Assembly (NCBI GenBank): GCA_964019335.1
Contig: OZ025719.1
Location: 62,001 to 126,000 of the forward strand
Origin: Diplonema japonicum
Lineage: Eukaryota; Protista; Euglenozoa: Diplonemea
Length of the DNA: 64,000 bases
Direction: 5' to 3'
Below, piece by piece: positions 52,657 to 63,410 of the stretch. A program made the position numbers and the translations under genes. Each line of letters starts with the position of its first letter. The first letter of the stretch is position 1. The notes beneath the pieces were generated by a model. It was not told the origin of the DNA and did not search any database. It saw only the letters and a list, made by a program, of their open reading frames with translations.

Positions 52657-53976
52657 ATGTTAATCGCAATCCGAGCAGTCTTCATAACGAAGACAACGGG
52701 TGAGGTGATGCTAGAAAGGAGGTACGCGACAGTTGAGCTTCGCGGGAAGAGGTTGTGCAAGTTGCATGGGCTGGTGTACAAAGAGATACCGAAGGTGATC
52801 AAAGGGATCGGGGAAGGGGAGTTCGTGGGTGGGGCCGACGGGGTGTGGCCTGTGGTACAGCTGGTCCGCGACGGGCTGGTCTACTGCGTGGTACCATTGG
52901 TGAGCCAATTTGTCGGTGGACAGAAGGACGAAGCCGTCGCACTCGGAGGATGCTACACCATCTTAGAAAGCTTGGCTGAATTCGTCGATCTGTGCAAAGC
53001 AGGCATCGAAGAGGAGGATTTATTCGACCGCCTCCTTGTATATTTATCGACAATAATCCCAATGGGCGCCTTGGCAGGCGAGCTTTGCCCGGCAAAATGG
53101 CTCAAAGCATTCGGGTACGTCCAACCCCCAACCCTCACCTCCAAGGAGGAAAAAGCCCACCAAGCTTGCAAACTGCAGCTGGTGGAGTACCATTACGGTG
53201 AGCTTAACTGCGGTTCCAACTCTTACCCGTCGGTCGTCGGGAAATTATTTTCGCATTACGAATCGCAAGCGCATACTGCTCCGAATGTTCCGATGTCATT
53301 CGCAGTGGCGGGCAACCTGCAGGACCTCACACTGTCTGCCGACATCGCCGAAGAACGGCAGAACAAGGAAAACGGAACGGTGTTCAAAGCGCAGATGCTG
53401 GAAGGCCAACGAATGCTGTTGGCGTACACCAACCCGGCCCCTCTTCAACCCGCCGTGAAGGGTTCTTTCAAAGCGTATCTTCCGAAGGAAGGGTCTTCAA
53501 CTCTGGACATTCGGTTCCAACTGAACATCAACCTGACCCCGCTCGAATGGTGTAAAAAAACAGCGTTTTCTGAACTCGAGGTGACCTTCCACTTCGGGCC
53601 GCGGTCGGTGACCAGCCAGTCGCTGATACCCTCGGGGGGTTTGATCAAAATAGCCAGCCATTCTGATGGTGTCAAGCGACTTGTCTGGAAGCTTCCGAAA
53701 TCGAAGAAACAACCGGAAATCGCCTCCCTCTCCGGGCGGTGCACGATGTCCCCCTCGCTCCACACTGATCCCTCCTCTTTCCTGTCCGATTCTAACTGCC
53801 ATGCTACTGTTTCCTTCACTGGTTCTGGATACGCATTGTCATCCGGGGTCAGTATCGTCAGTGGAACCACAGACGAGGGCCACCCTGTAGCGGTGATGCC
53901 CCCCATGATGAAAGGACTCAATTTGAGAATCTGGAATGGAAAAGCGTCCGAACCCACTGCTTCACGAGTGCTGTAG
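52657..53976 (+). CDS. AP5M1: AP-5 adaptor complex mu subunit-like
   Basis: 'IRAVFI...GEVMLERRYATVE.R' and 'VWPVVQLVRDGLVYCVVPLV' match the AP5M1 N-terminus as recalled; beta-rich mu-homology-like C-terminus. Confidence 0.7.
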   Translation: MLIAIRAVFITKTTGEVMLERRYATVELRGKRLCKLHGLVYKEIPKVIKGIGEGEFVGGADGVWPVVQLVRDGLVYCVVPLVSQFVGGQKDEAVALGGCYTILESLAEFVDLCKAGIEEEDLFDRLLVYLSTIIPMGALAGELCPAKWLKAFGYVQPPTLTSKEEKAHQACKLQLVEYHYGELNCGSNSYPSVVGKLFSHYESQAHTAPNVPMSFAVAGNLQDLTLSADIAEERQNKENGTVFKAQMLEGQRMLLAYTNPAPLQPAVKGSFKAYLPKEGSSTLDIRFQLNINLTPLEWCKKTAFSELEVTFHFGPRSVTSQSLIPSGGLIKIASHSDGVKRLVWKLPKSKKQPEIASLSGRCTMSPSLHTDPSSFLSDSNCHATVSFTGSGYALSSGVSIVSGTTDEGHPVAVMPPMMKGLNLRIWNGKASEPTASRVL

Positions 53977-54053
53977 TTTAGTTTACCGAAAAGAAAAATG
54001 AAAATAAAACCCCCCCTAAACCACCATAAAAAAAAAAGGGTAAAAAAAAAAAA

Positions 54054-55109
54054 ATGGAGAATGTTCTCACAAAAATTCGAAGGGACATGAAGCCCTTTGA
54101 GTACGATATTGAAATGGCTATTCTGCAGGGAGCTTTGAAGTCGTTCAGAAAGACCCAGGTTATGGTACCCTTCCCCAAGGCCTTTGTGGTAGATGGAAAT
54201 AAAGAGTACGGCGACTTGCAGAGAGTGGTGTACAAGCTCCCGTCAGCGGAAGATTTGTTTGAAAAGAAGGATATACAACTGGACGGTGAGGTGCTTGATG
54301 TCCTGCGGTTCCTCTATGAAAACAGGTGTTTGAAATGGGTGCCCAGTGAAGAACCGATCGAAGGTGCAGCTTTTAAACCGCAGCACACCTTTGTCGTGGA
54401 GCACTGCGATGGTAATGCGCGGCGGAAGGAGTTCGTCGAGAAGTCGAAAGGGTTCGAGTCGAAGACAGGGTTTCACGGGTCTGGGCTGGGGAACTGGTTT
54501 TCCATATCGAAGACCGGGCTGCGGAACTTTTCGGGTACACAAAAACAAGCGAATGGAGCTCTTTTCGGTGAAGGCATTTATTTGAGCAAAACCCTGAGGC
54601 TAGCTTCTGACTTCTCCGCTGCTGGCGACGCTTGGGATATGTCAGGGGTATGGATGAGAATTTACAAAAAAAAAAAAAAAAAAAAAAAAAACAGCTTGGA
54701 AGCAGCATCCGCATCGTGGGTGTGGTCGACTGGCTGGAAAGCCCTGAAACCGTCTCAGCATCGCATAGCACTGCTACTGAGGGGGTATGGAAAAAGGAAA
54801 AGGGGGGGGAGAAAAAGATTTTTCGCAAACCCACACCAACAGGGAAAGGTCCCCGAGGCGTACGTCGTCGTTCCCAACGCAACCCACGTCAGCCTCACGA
54901 AGATTCTCGTTTACACCTCGGGCACTGCCCCTTGCCGAGCGCCTGTGAAAAAGCGAGGCACAGCCTTCACCAGCACATCTATGGTATTCTTCTACCTATT
55001 CTTCTTGTGTCTCATCGTGATGGCTCAGGAAGAAAACCGCTCTAGCTTCCGATGGGTCTGGCGGAGCTTCAAGAACAAAGCACGGTACGTGGCGGCGTAC
55101 ATACTGTAA
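54054..55109 (+). CDS. PARP16: PARP16-like tail-anchored mono-ADP-ribosyltransferase
   Basis: 'GFHGSGLGNWFSI..GL', 'LFGEGIYLS', 'PEAYVVV' (H-Y-Y type) and a C-terminal TM; introns 54648-54694 and 54785-54842 restore the frame. Confidence 0.75.
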   Translation: MENVLTKIRRDMKPFEYDIEMAILQGALKSFRKTQVMVPFPKAFVVDGNKEYGDLQRVVYKLPSAEDLFEKKDIQLDGEVLDVLRFLYENRCLKWVPSEEPIEGAAFKPQHTFVVEHCDGNARRKEFVEKSKGFESKTGFHGSGLGNWFSISKTGLRNFSGTQKQANGALFGEGIYLSKTLRLASDFSAAGDAWDMSGVWMRIYKKKKKKKKNSLEAASASWVWSTGWKALKPSQHRIALLLRGYGKRKRGGRKRFFANPHQQGKVPEAYVVVPNATHVSLTKILVYTSGTAPCRAPVKKRGTAFTSTSMVFFYLFFLCLIVMAQEENRSSFRWVWRSFKNKARYVAAYIL

Positions 55110-55449
55110 CATATTACTTCTTTTTTTAGAAAAAAGAAGGGGAAAAAAAAAAAAAAAAACTGGGCTTACCGACACCCAGATTTCTCTTGCCCTTATATTT
55201 TTTTTTTTAACCCCTTTTTCAATTTTCGAGTACTGCTTGATTCATCACGTTGGCCAACAGTCGTTTCGGCATTTTGGAGCACCACTGTAAAGCGCGGCAT
55301 TTTTTCCCCCCTTTCCCTTTGAGCGTATGTTCACGTTGACCTACACGCCTGCCAGCATTTTTGGATCTGCAATCTTCCTCTCAACGCATGATATAACCTA
55401 ATTTCAATTTTCTTTTTCCCTCTTTCTTTGAATAAAATGGTTGCCAGAA

Positions 55450-58400
55450 ATGAGGGAGACAACAACACACAATGCAAACACACCACACAGGGGGGTTGGG
55501 TCTCTCATAGCTAAAATGGAGAGCCTGGATGAGGCAATCCAGTCCGTGACAAGTCATGTGATGCTGACTGGGACGAAGGCGGTACGCGTAAGCGGAGGGG
55601 ACGATACCACTGTGGAACAAGAAGACAGGCGCGAGGTGAAGAACAGAAGCGAGGAGTTCCAATTGAGAGGTTTAAGGCGAACGGTAGCCGAGCAGGTGGT
55701 GAGGGTGGTGCGGCAAATCAGAGACTGCAGACCGAAAAACATGAAACCAAGAACAGGCAGCGAGCACCAAAGGCTTGAAAAACTGCTCACAGAACTGGAG
55801 ACGGCAGTCCCGGAGACGCTATGGAGGGAGACAACACCCATTGTCGCAAAGCTGCGAACAATGAAAATCCCAAGCGACCTCCACAACACAGAGGAAGGCT
55901 CTCTTATCGCGGAAATCCAGACAAATCTAGACACTGTCATCAGCATGACCAAGGTGCTGGCCCATCCGCAGAAGATCAAGGACGCAGGTGGCGTCAAAGC
56001 ACTCTTCCCAGAGCTGCAGAAGGACTTCTCAGACGTGACCGCCCCACACATCGACTCCTACAACCGCGCCCTGAAAGAGGGCCTCTCCGAGCTTCTCCAC
56101 GAGCTCCGTGCGGGGACCGACATCGAGGCCGTGCAGGCAGTGCCTCGTTTCTTCATCCTGACTCTCGACAATGTGACCGACAAACGGCAAGAGACGAACA
56201 ACGGGCCGCTCCTCTCCGAGAAGAAATTCAAAGACCCCGAAGCGTGGGAGACCGCAGGCAACGGTGTCATCGACAGAGTGCAGAAGGTCCTCATGCACCC
56301 TCCTGAGAACATGTCAGTGAACTGGAAGCGCACGACCATCACGAAGTACAGCTGGATCATCTCATTGGAGAAGAAGGGCAAGGTGCACGGCGCTGCACAT
56401 GACGAAGACTGGAAACAAATGTCGCGCAAGAAGAGGCTGCAAAAGCTGCTCCAGCAGAAGCCCGTCGAAGAAAGAGAAGCTGGCGGTGTGCGCAGGCTTC
56501 TCGAGTCCCTCAAGGAGGCCCTGCACAAGGATGCTACCCCGAAGCTGAAAAAGGTTTACGCCAAAGGTGAAATCCAGAACCTTCAGGTCGGCTGGGATGG
56601 CGAAAAGGGTCCCACCGCAACGCCTTGCGGCAGGGCTGCTGTGCAGCGTCTTTTCAGAGGTTGGTGCACAGAGTTTATTGCTCTCTCGGAGCCCGGCACC
56701 AGGAACTCCAAGAGGAATGCTGTGAAACCGTACCAAGAGTGGTTGGAGGAGTCGGCCACACCGAAGTACGGGAAGGACGGTGAGGACCTTATGGGGACTG
56801 CTAAGAGAAGGAAGACGACTGCGAAGAAGACAAAGAAGGCGTCCTCCCAACAAGGCACTCCTCCCTCAGAGCCCGCAGCTGAGCCTACACCTGAACCAAC
56901 CTCCCCTGTGATCAAGCCGCAGTCGTTCCAGGACGAAGAGGGCGAGAGCTCTGACGAAGGGCTGCTCGTCGATTCTGGCCGAGGGCTCGGGAAGTCCGTG
57001 ATTAGCTCGTGTGGCGGAGGGAAATCGAGGAATGACAGAAGGAGCATGCGCAATATCCACCCGAGGTACAGGATGAAGAGGCTCTCCTCCAAGAGGCTGC
57101 GGTCCCTCAAGTCAAGCAAGGCACTGCTGCGAAGGTCCGTTCTGCACAAAAAACCAGTGTTCCCGTCCGCAGTGAGGGACCCCGGGTACCCTCCTGGTGG
57201 TCTCAGGGGCCTACAGGACCTGTGGAAGATCTTGACGGAGACTCCTGGGTCGCCTCTACACCCCCAGGGCCACAGGCTCCAGAAGAGCAACTACACAGCA
57301 CCTCTCATGATTCAGGTGGCTTTCAGTTACACTGCCGGGTTCAGGATGCCGTTGTTCGTGGCTGACGACTGGGTGTACGCAGGTGAAGTGCCAGTCATGG
57401 TGCGCAGCGACGCATGCATGCTGAAGGGGAAGACAACAGGCGAGCTTGCTTCGATCTACCGTGAGGAGCAGCGCGAGCCGGGTGGCTACTTCATCATGAA
57501 GGGTAACGAGCGTGTGCTGCGTATGGTGCTCGTGGCTCGTGGGAACCACCCCATCACACTGGAGCGTGCTTCTTTCTCAAACAAGGGTCCCTCTTTCACG
57601 TCGAAGTGCGTCTTCATCCGTTCGGTGAAGCAGAGCGGCATCGCCGTGCCTAATTACCTGTACATGCTTTCCTCCGGGAAGATCATCTTGTCCTTCAGCA
57701 GAGGCAGCACGTGGCAAATTCCCCTCTCACTCGTCTTGCTGGCACTTAGTGACGAACTAACCCCGCTGCAAATCGCAGAGAAGATGAGCCACGACGCTGA
57801 GAGCAACAAGTGGCTCGCCGCGTTCATGGGCGACGTGTTCAACCAGGTGCAGCTTGCGAGGGCCTACGTGGGCATTGAGAAGGACAGCAAGAAGGGTTTC
57901 CCGTCGTGCTCGGAGCACTGGCAGTACATCCTAGGGAAGTATCTCTGCACGCATAAGAAGATGTGGGTGCGTGAGCTGCTTGTGAGGTGCCGTGCCAGAC
58001 TCGACGCTGGTGCCTACGACACAGAGGTATACAGGATGGTGGGGATGTGGGCACTCAGGGAGCACGTGCTGCCCCACCTCAACACGTCGGATGTGCCTTT
58101 CGAGGATGCAAAGGTCGAACGCCGCGCGAAGCTCGACACACTCATCACGATGGTTACGAAGCTTGTGATGTTCCAGTCGGGCAGGCTGAGGGAGGAGGGT
58201 GAGGACGGTCTAGTGAACCAAGAGCTGATCTCGCCAGGGCAGCTGTGGCTGCACGCCGTGATGGATGGTGTGCTGGCTGTGGGGAGGGGGCTGCGATCGG
58301 CCTTGTCGATGCTGGGGCTCACGGACAACAAACCGCGGGAAGGATGGGAGACACTGAGACCGCCGCGTGTCGAAGACTTTGTGGAGCTGTCGGCAGGGAA

Positions 58401-60323
58401 AGGCGAGGCGAAGCTGAGGGACTTGATATGGTCGTACTTCTGGCAGAAGAGAAGGAGCGACAAGCGAAACCATGAAGGCGAGGAAGAGTGGGACAGCGGG
58501 CTGGTGAGCACAGCAAAGCTGGTAAAGGCCCCAGAGGAAGCCGCCGAGTCCTGGAAGATGAGGTATGAGAAGCCGGACACAGATGAGCGTGCAAGGGGCA
58601 ACCGACAGAGGGTGCTCACAGAACCAACGTATCCTGTGTGCTTCCTGGTGAGCACGGGTAACTACACGCAGGAACCGATGCTGTCGAACGGAGCGTCGCT
58701 GCCGCAGTCTGCAGGGTGGTCTGTGGTGGTGGAGAGAATCAATCAGTTCCGTTTCTTAGAGCAGTTCAGAGCCACTCATCGAGGGAAGACTATCCAGGAG
58801 ATGCGAACAACGCTTCCCCGTCGTTACCAGATGGACGGGTGGGGGTTTTTGTGTATCGTGCACACACCCGACGGTGGGCCGTGCGGTGTGATGAACCACT
58901 TGACCTTCCCGACGAAAGTGGCGATCGGCATGTCGACCGCGCAACGCAGAAAAACAAAATCGACGTGTCTGAAGCTCATGAAGTCCTTGGGGACGGCACT
59001 GTTCGTGCAGGGCGTGTCGATGACAGGCGAGGCGGGATGGTGCCCTGTCATGATCGATGGCGAGCTCATCGGCTTCGTGCACGCAACATTCTTCTCTTCA
59101 GACAAACGTGACATCCTACGCGAGGCACGCTGCATGGAGAAGATCTCGAGCGACGTTGAAATCGTCTCTGTGGACCCGGAGTGGGTGACGAGCGAGACGG
59201 GCCTGACAGGCGTGACGAACGACAAGGGCTCCAAGACAGCACCAAAAATGTACTCTGGAATGTATATCTTCACAGGCCCGGGCAGGCTGTGCAGACCAAT
59301 TAAGAAACTTGGTGTTTCGAGGTTCACAAAGGGCGCCGTATCATGGGTTGGTACACAGGAACAGATTTTCATGGATATTGCCGCGTTGCACAAGGACATT
59401 GGGGAGGCGAGGCAGGACCTTGGGTCGGCTTTTAAATACGTGGAGATGTACACCACCACAGCGCTCTCGTTGACGGCGTCGTTGATTCCGTATTTCGAGA
59501 TGAACTGCAGTCCGAGGAACTTGTTCCAGTGCGGGATGGCGAAGCAGACGATGGGTTCGTGCTTCCACTCCCTGTCGTGCAGGAACGACAACAAGCTGTA
59601 CCAAACCCACGCCTGCCAGGCGGCCTTGCTCAGAACGGACAACCAGCACATTTACCAGATGGACGACTACCCCAACGGCATCAACGTCATCCTTGCCGTA
59701 GCCGCCTACACCGGTTTCGACATGGAGGACGCTCTTCTTATCAACAAATCCTCCGTAGAGCGAGGTCTCTTCCAAGGGTCTGTGTACCTCTCCGCCATCC
59801 TCGAACCCTTCCCGGAGGCTACTGGCGGAAAACGCCGCCGGTCACCGACATACGTTAAAATCCCCACCGAAGGGATGTACCTTGAGAAGGGTAATGCATA
59901 CGCTGAGACGTCTGAGGGGAAAAAGGAGATCTGGTCGAAGGCCGAAGCGTGCAGGGTACACAGTGTGGAGATCCTTGAAGAAGACACCGAAGAAAAGGCC
60001 CCTACGAGGATCAGGGTGATCTTCAGAATAGAGCGAACCCCCGTTGTTGGGGACAAGTTTGCTGCGCGACACGGGCAGAAGGGTACCCTTCCGATGTTGA
60101 TCCCTCAGGTATATAGGAAAATAATAAACACCCCCTACACCACACTCTACAGTACGACATGCCTTTCACGGACGATGGTGTGGTGCCTGATGTCATCATC
60201 AACCCTCACGCCTTCCCGTCTCGTATGACGGTTGGGATGCTTATCGAGATGGTTGCGTCGAAGTACGCTGCCATCAAGGGCACCTTCCCTGACGCTACTG
60301 CTTGGAGCGAGGTATGGGAAGAG

Positions 60324-60359
<36 letters not shown>

Positions 60360-60868
60360 AGATTTCCGACAAACCAATCCACGCGACCAAAATGGGCGAC
60401 ATGCTCGGGCAGCTTGGGTACTCGCGTACCGGGGCACAGATGCTGACGCATTCTTCGACGGGAGAGAAAATGCAGTGTGACATCTACCAAGGGATCTGTT
60501 ACTACCAGAGGCTGAGGCATATGGTTAGTGATAAGTACCAGGCGCGAGAGCGTGCTGACAGGGCGACTGCTGGGGTTGACCCCCTTACAGGGCAGCCTGT
60601 CAAAGGTCGTAAGAAGGGTGGTGGTATTCGTGTTGGGGAGATGGAACGTGACGCCATCATTGCACACGGGACAGTTCAAGTCGGGCAGGATAGGCTGTTG
60701 AAATCGTCTGATTTGGGTGTTACACGCACTTGCAATGTTTGTGGCTCGACACCCTGCACGTGTGAGGACGGTGGGAATGAGCAATTCCGATTTGCCCCCA
60801 AAGCCCTCGAATTCATGAATGCCCAGCTTCGCACCATGGGTGTCACGCTGCGAACGGTTGCGAACTAA
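55450..60868 (+). CDS. RPA2: RNA polymerase I second-largest subunit with N-terminal extension and a large insertion
   Basis: 'PHIDSYN', '[14 protein letters not shown]', '[10 protein letters not shown]', 'YTGFDMEDA', '[12 protein letters not shown]', '[14 protein letters not shown]', '[11 protein letters not shown]'; introns 60109-60152 and 60312-60361. Confidence 0.92.
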
Positions 60869-61341
60869 AAGAAAAAAAAAAGAAGAAGAAAAAAAAAAGA
60901 AAAGAAGAAAAAAGCGTTTTTTTTTCCCCCTCCCGCCCCCCCTCCCCCTTCGGCATCAAGTGTATCATCGTAAAAAAAAAGAAAAAAGGGGGGGTGAAAA
61001 AACTTTTTTCTATACGGTTTTCCGCGTTCACAACTCCTTTTCCCCGTTCCCGTTTTTTATTTTAAACCCCCCCCCACTGAAAACATTCCGTTTTTTTCCC
61101 CCCTCCCCCCTTTTTATTCCACGCATCATATTTTATTTTTTCTTCCCCCTTTTTTTCCACTTTCTTTCCCATATGTCCCATTCCCCTTTTTTTTTTCATT
61201 CAATCGATTTCTTTTTTCAAAAAAAAAAACTTCTTTTTGTCCAGGCAAGGGGGAAGGGAGGGTGGAGGGGTGTACAAGGAAAACGGGGGTTTGACCCCCC
61301 CCCCCCCCCCACCTCGACGAAGAAACAATAAAAGAAAAATT

Positions 61342-62208
61342 ATGACCCGAAAAAGAAAGACGATTCCCGAGCAGGTGAAGAGCTTCATGGGGAAGAAGAA
61401 GGTGTTGGGGTATGGCGACGCGGTCCGCTTGGTGGAAATGGTGCTCGACGAAGGAGACAGCGACAGCATGCCAAGCACAACCCCAGCACCAAGGGAGGGG
61501 GTGGGCTTCAGGCCAATCGACTCCAAACGATACCTGGACAAGACCAGCGAGGAAGCGTCCCCTTCTTCACCTTCTTCATCCAACCCTCCAAAAAAAAAAT
61601 TCGTCAGTGTGGTTCTCGGAACGAAAGATTTTTCGTGGTTTTCAGGGGAATCGATAGCACCGGACACGACTTCCCCATCGCGATCCCCTTCGTCAGACGC
61701 CGTCTGCTCTGTGGTTACCCCTGACCGTATGACGAAACAAGAAGCGATTTACCAGATTCGGGGAAATTTAAACTGTGGTGATGTGGTGAAGCCGCAACAC
61801 CCTGGTATTCTTCTATTGAGGCAGGCCTCATGTGGTGATTGCAGTAGTCTTCTTCAAATTCTGAAATTGGAGTCGGAGGTGAGTGAGCTGGACCCTGAAA
61901 ACACCAACGCGCGTGGGGTCACAGGGATTGATAAAAATTGGAAGGTCACAAAGTACACCAAGCAGTACGTGACCGAGGGGTGGGCTTGTCTTGAAGCCAG
62001 CCCCACTCCGTGTACTCCAGCCACCGATCCCTGCATGGACAGATTGCCGCCTCACCGCATTTCCAACAGGAAGCAATTTACTCAAGCAACACTTTCGGCT
62101 TGTTTGCAGCTCTCACCTCTTCATATCCACACAACTCAGGATACCACTGCTACTCCTGGAAACACCTCTGCGTCCCCTCAACCTTTCATATTTAAGGATC
62201 CTGGGTAG
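61342..62208 (+). CDS. Hypothetical protein (288 aa), basic N-terminus (possible NLS), Ser-rich
   Basis: ORF with coding composition between homopolymer spacers; no family recognised. Confidence 0.6.
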   Translation: MTRKRKTIPEQVKSFMGKKKVLGYGDAVRLVEMVLDEGDSDSMPSTTPAPREGVGFRPIDSKRYLDKTSEEASPSSPSSSNPPKKKFVSVVLGTKDFSWFSGESIAPDTTSPSRSPSSDAVCSVVTPDRMTKQEAIYQIRGNLNCGDVVKPQHPGILLLRQASCGDCSSLLQILKLESEVSELDPENTNARGVTGIDKNWKVTKYTKQYVTEGWACLEASPTPCTPATDPCMDRLPPHRISNRKQFTQATLSACLQLSPLHIHTTQDTTATPGNTSASPQPFIFKDPG

Positions 62209-63082
62209 AGTGGGGAAATGGGAGGAGAAGTGTAGCAAGAATGTAGATTTTTCTTTGTTTTTTTTTTCGGGGGGAGGGGGGGGGAGTACAAAAAAAAAAC
62301 CTTCTTTTTTTTTTTCCCTTTTTTTTTCTTCTCAAAAAAAAAACTTTTTTTTTTCTATTATTTTTTTCCCAATTATTTGAATAGAAAAAAAAAAGAAGAA
62401 GAAGAAAAAAAAAAGAAGAAAAAAAGAAGGATGAGTTTTGAGTTTAATTAAAGGGGGAAAAGAAAGGGGGGGGGGGGGGAAACGAGAAGTGTTGGTACAG
62501 CAAAAAGAGTACCTGTATTCTGGAGCAGACAGCAGAGTCTGTGTATGTTGCAATGCCTAATGAAAGGTATTTCTTTTTTTTTTTTTTTGTGTGCAAGAAC
62601 GAGTCTTTTGGCTTGTTAAAGGGGGGAAGAAAGAAAAAAGGGGATGTTGGAATTGATGTTTTGGGTTGAACACCTACTGGTTTTTAACCCTTAACTTTTT
62701 TTTTTAAAAAAAAGAAATACATTTTTGATTCCACCATTGCAAATGCACCCCGCCATAATGAAAAAAAAAAAAATTTTTTTTTTTTCGTTTTTGTCCGATT
62801 TTAAATGGCACGAAGTTTCCTTTGTGCATCCCTTCCCATCAGGCTGAAATTCTATTTCATGTGCTGCGGAAAGGGCGCCTTTTGCCTGGTGAAGAATAAC
62901 AGCACCTTGAGGGGCAAGACAAGCCTGAAGCTGAGTACAGAAGGGGGCCAATGAAGGGAGACAGTGCGGGAAGGGGGGAGTGCGTGATTTGTTTATAGCA
63001 ACAATACGTATTTAAAGTGTACCAAAAAAAAAAAAAAAAAAACCCCTTTTTTTGTTGTTCTTTTGGTACAATTGAGTGAGCG

Positions 63083-63117
<35 letters not shown>

Positions 63118-63162
63118 AACCCCTTCTCAAGATGTTAGATTTTTTTTTCTTCTTCTTTTTTT

Positions 63163-63202
<40 letters not shown>

Positions 63203-63359
63203 CGCTTCCCCTTCGTTGTATCAGAAAAAAAACTAAAAAAAAGAAAGAATTCCATCCCCCTCCTCAAAAAAATGAGCCGTTCCCTTTTTAGTCGTTTCCC
63301 CCCCCTTTTTTTTCATCACCTATCGACCAGACAGCCTTTAGACAAAAGGGAGGCGTTAC

Positions 63360-63406
<47 letters not shown>

Positions 63407-63410
63407 AATA

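Noticed and set aside
62683-62696. TTAACCC as a piggyBac end (also 8133-8150)
   Set aside because: No matching opposite TIR or transposase remnant found.
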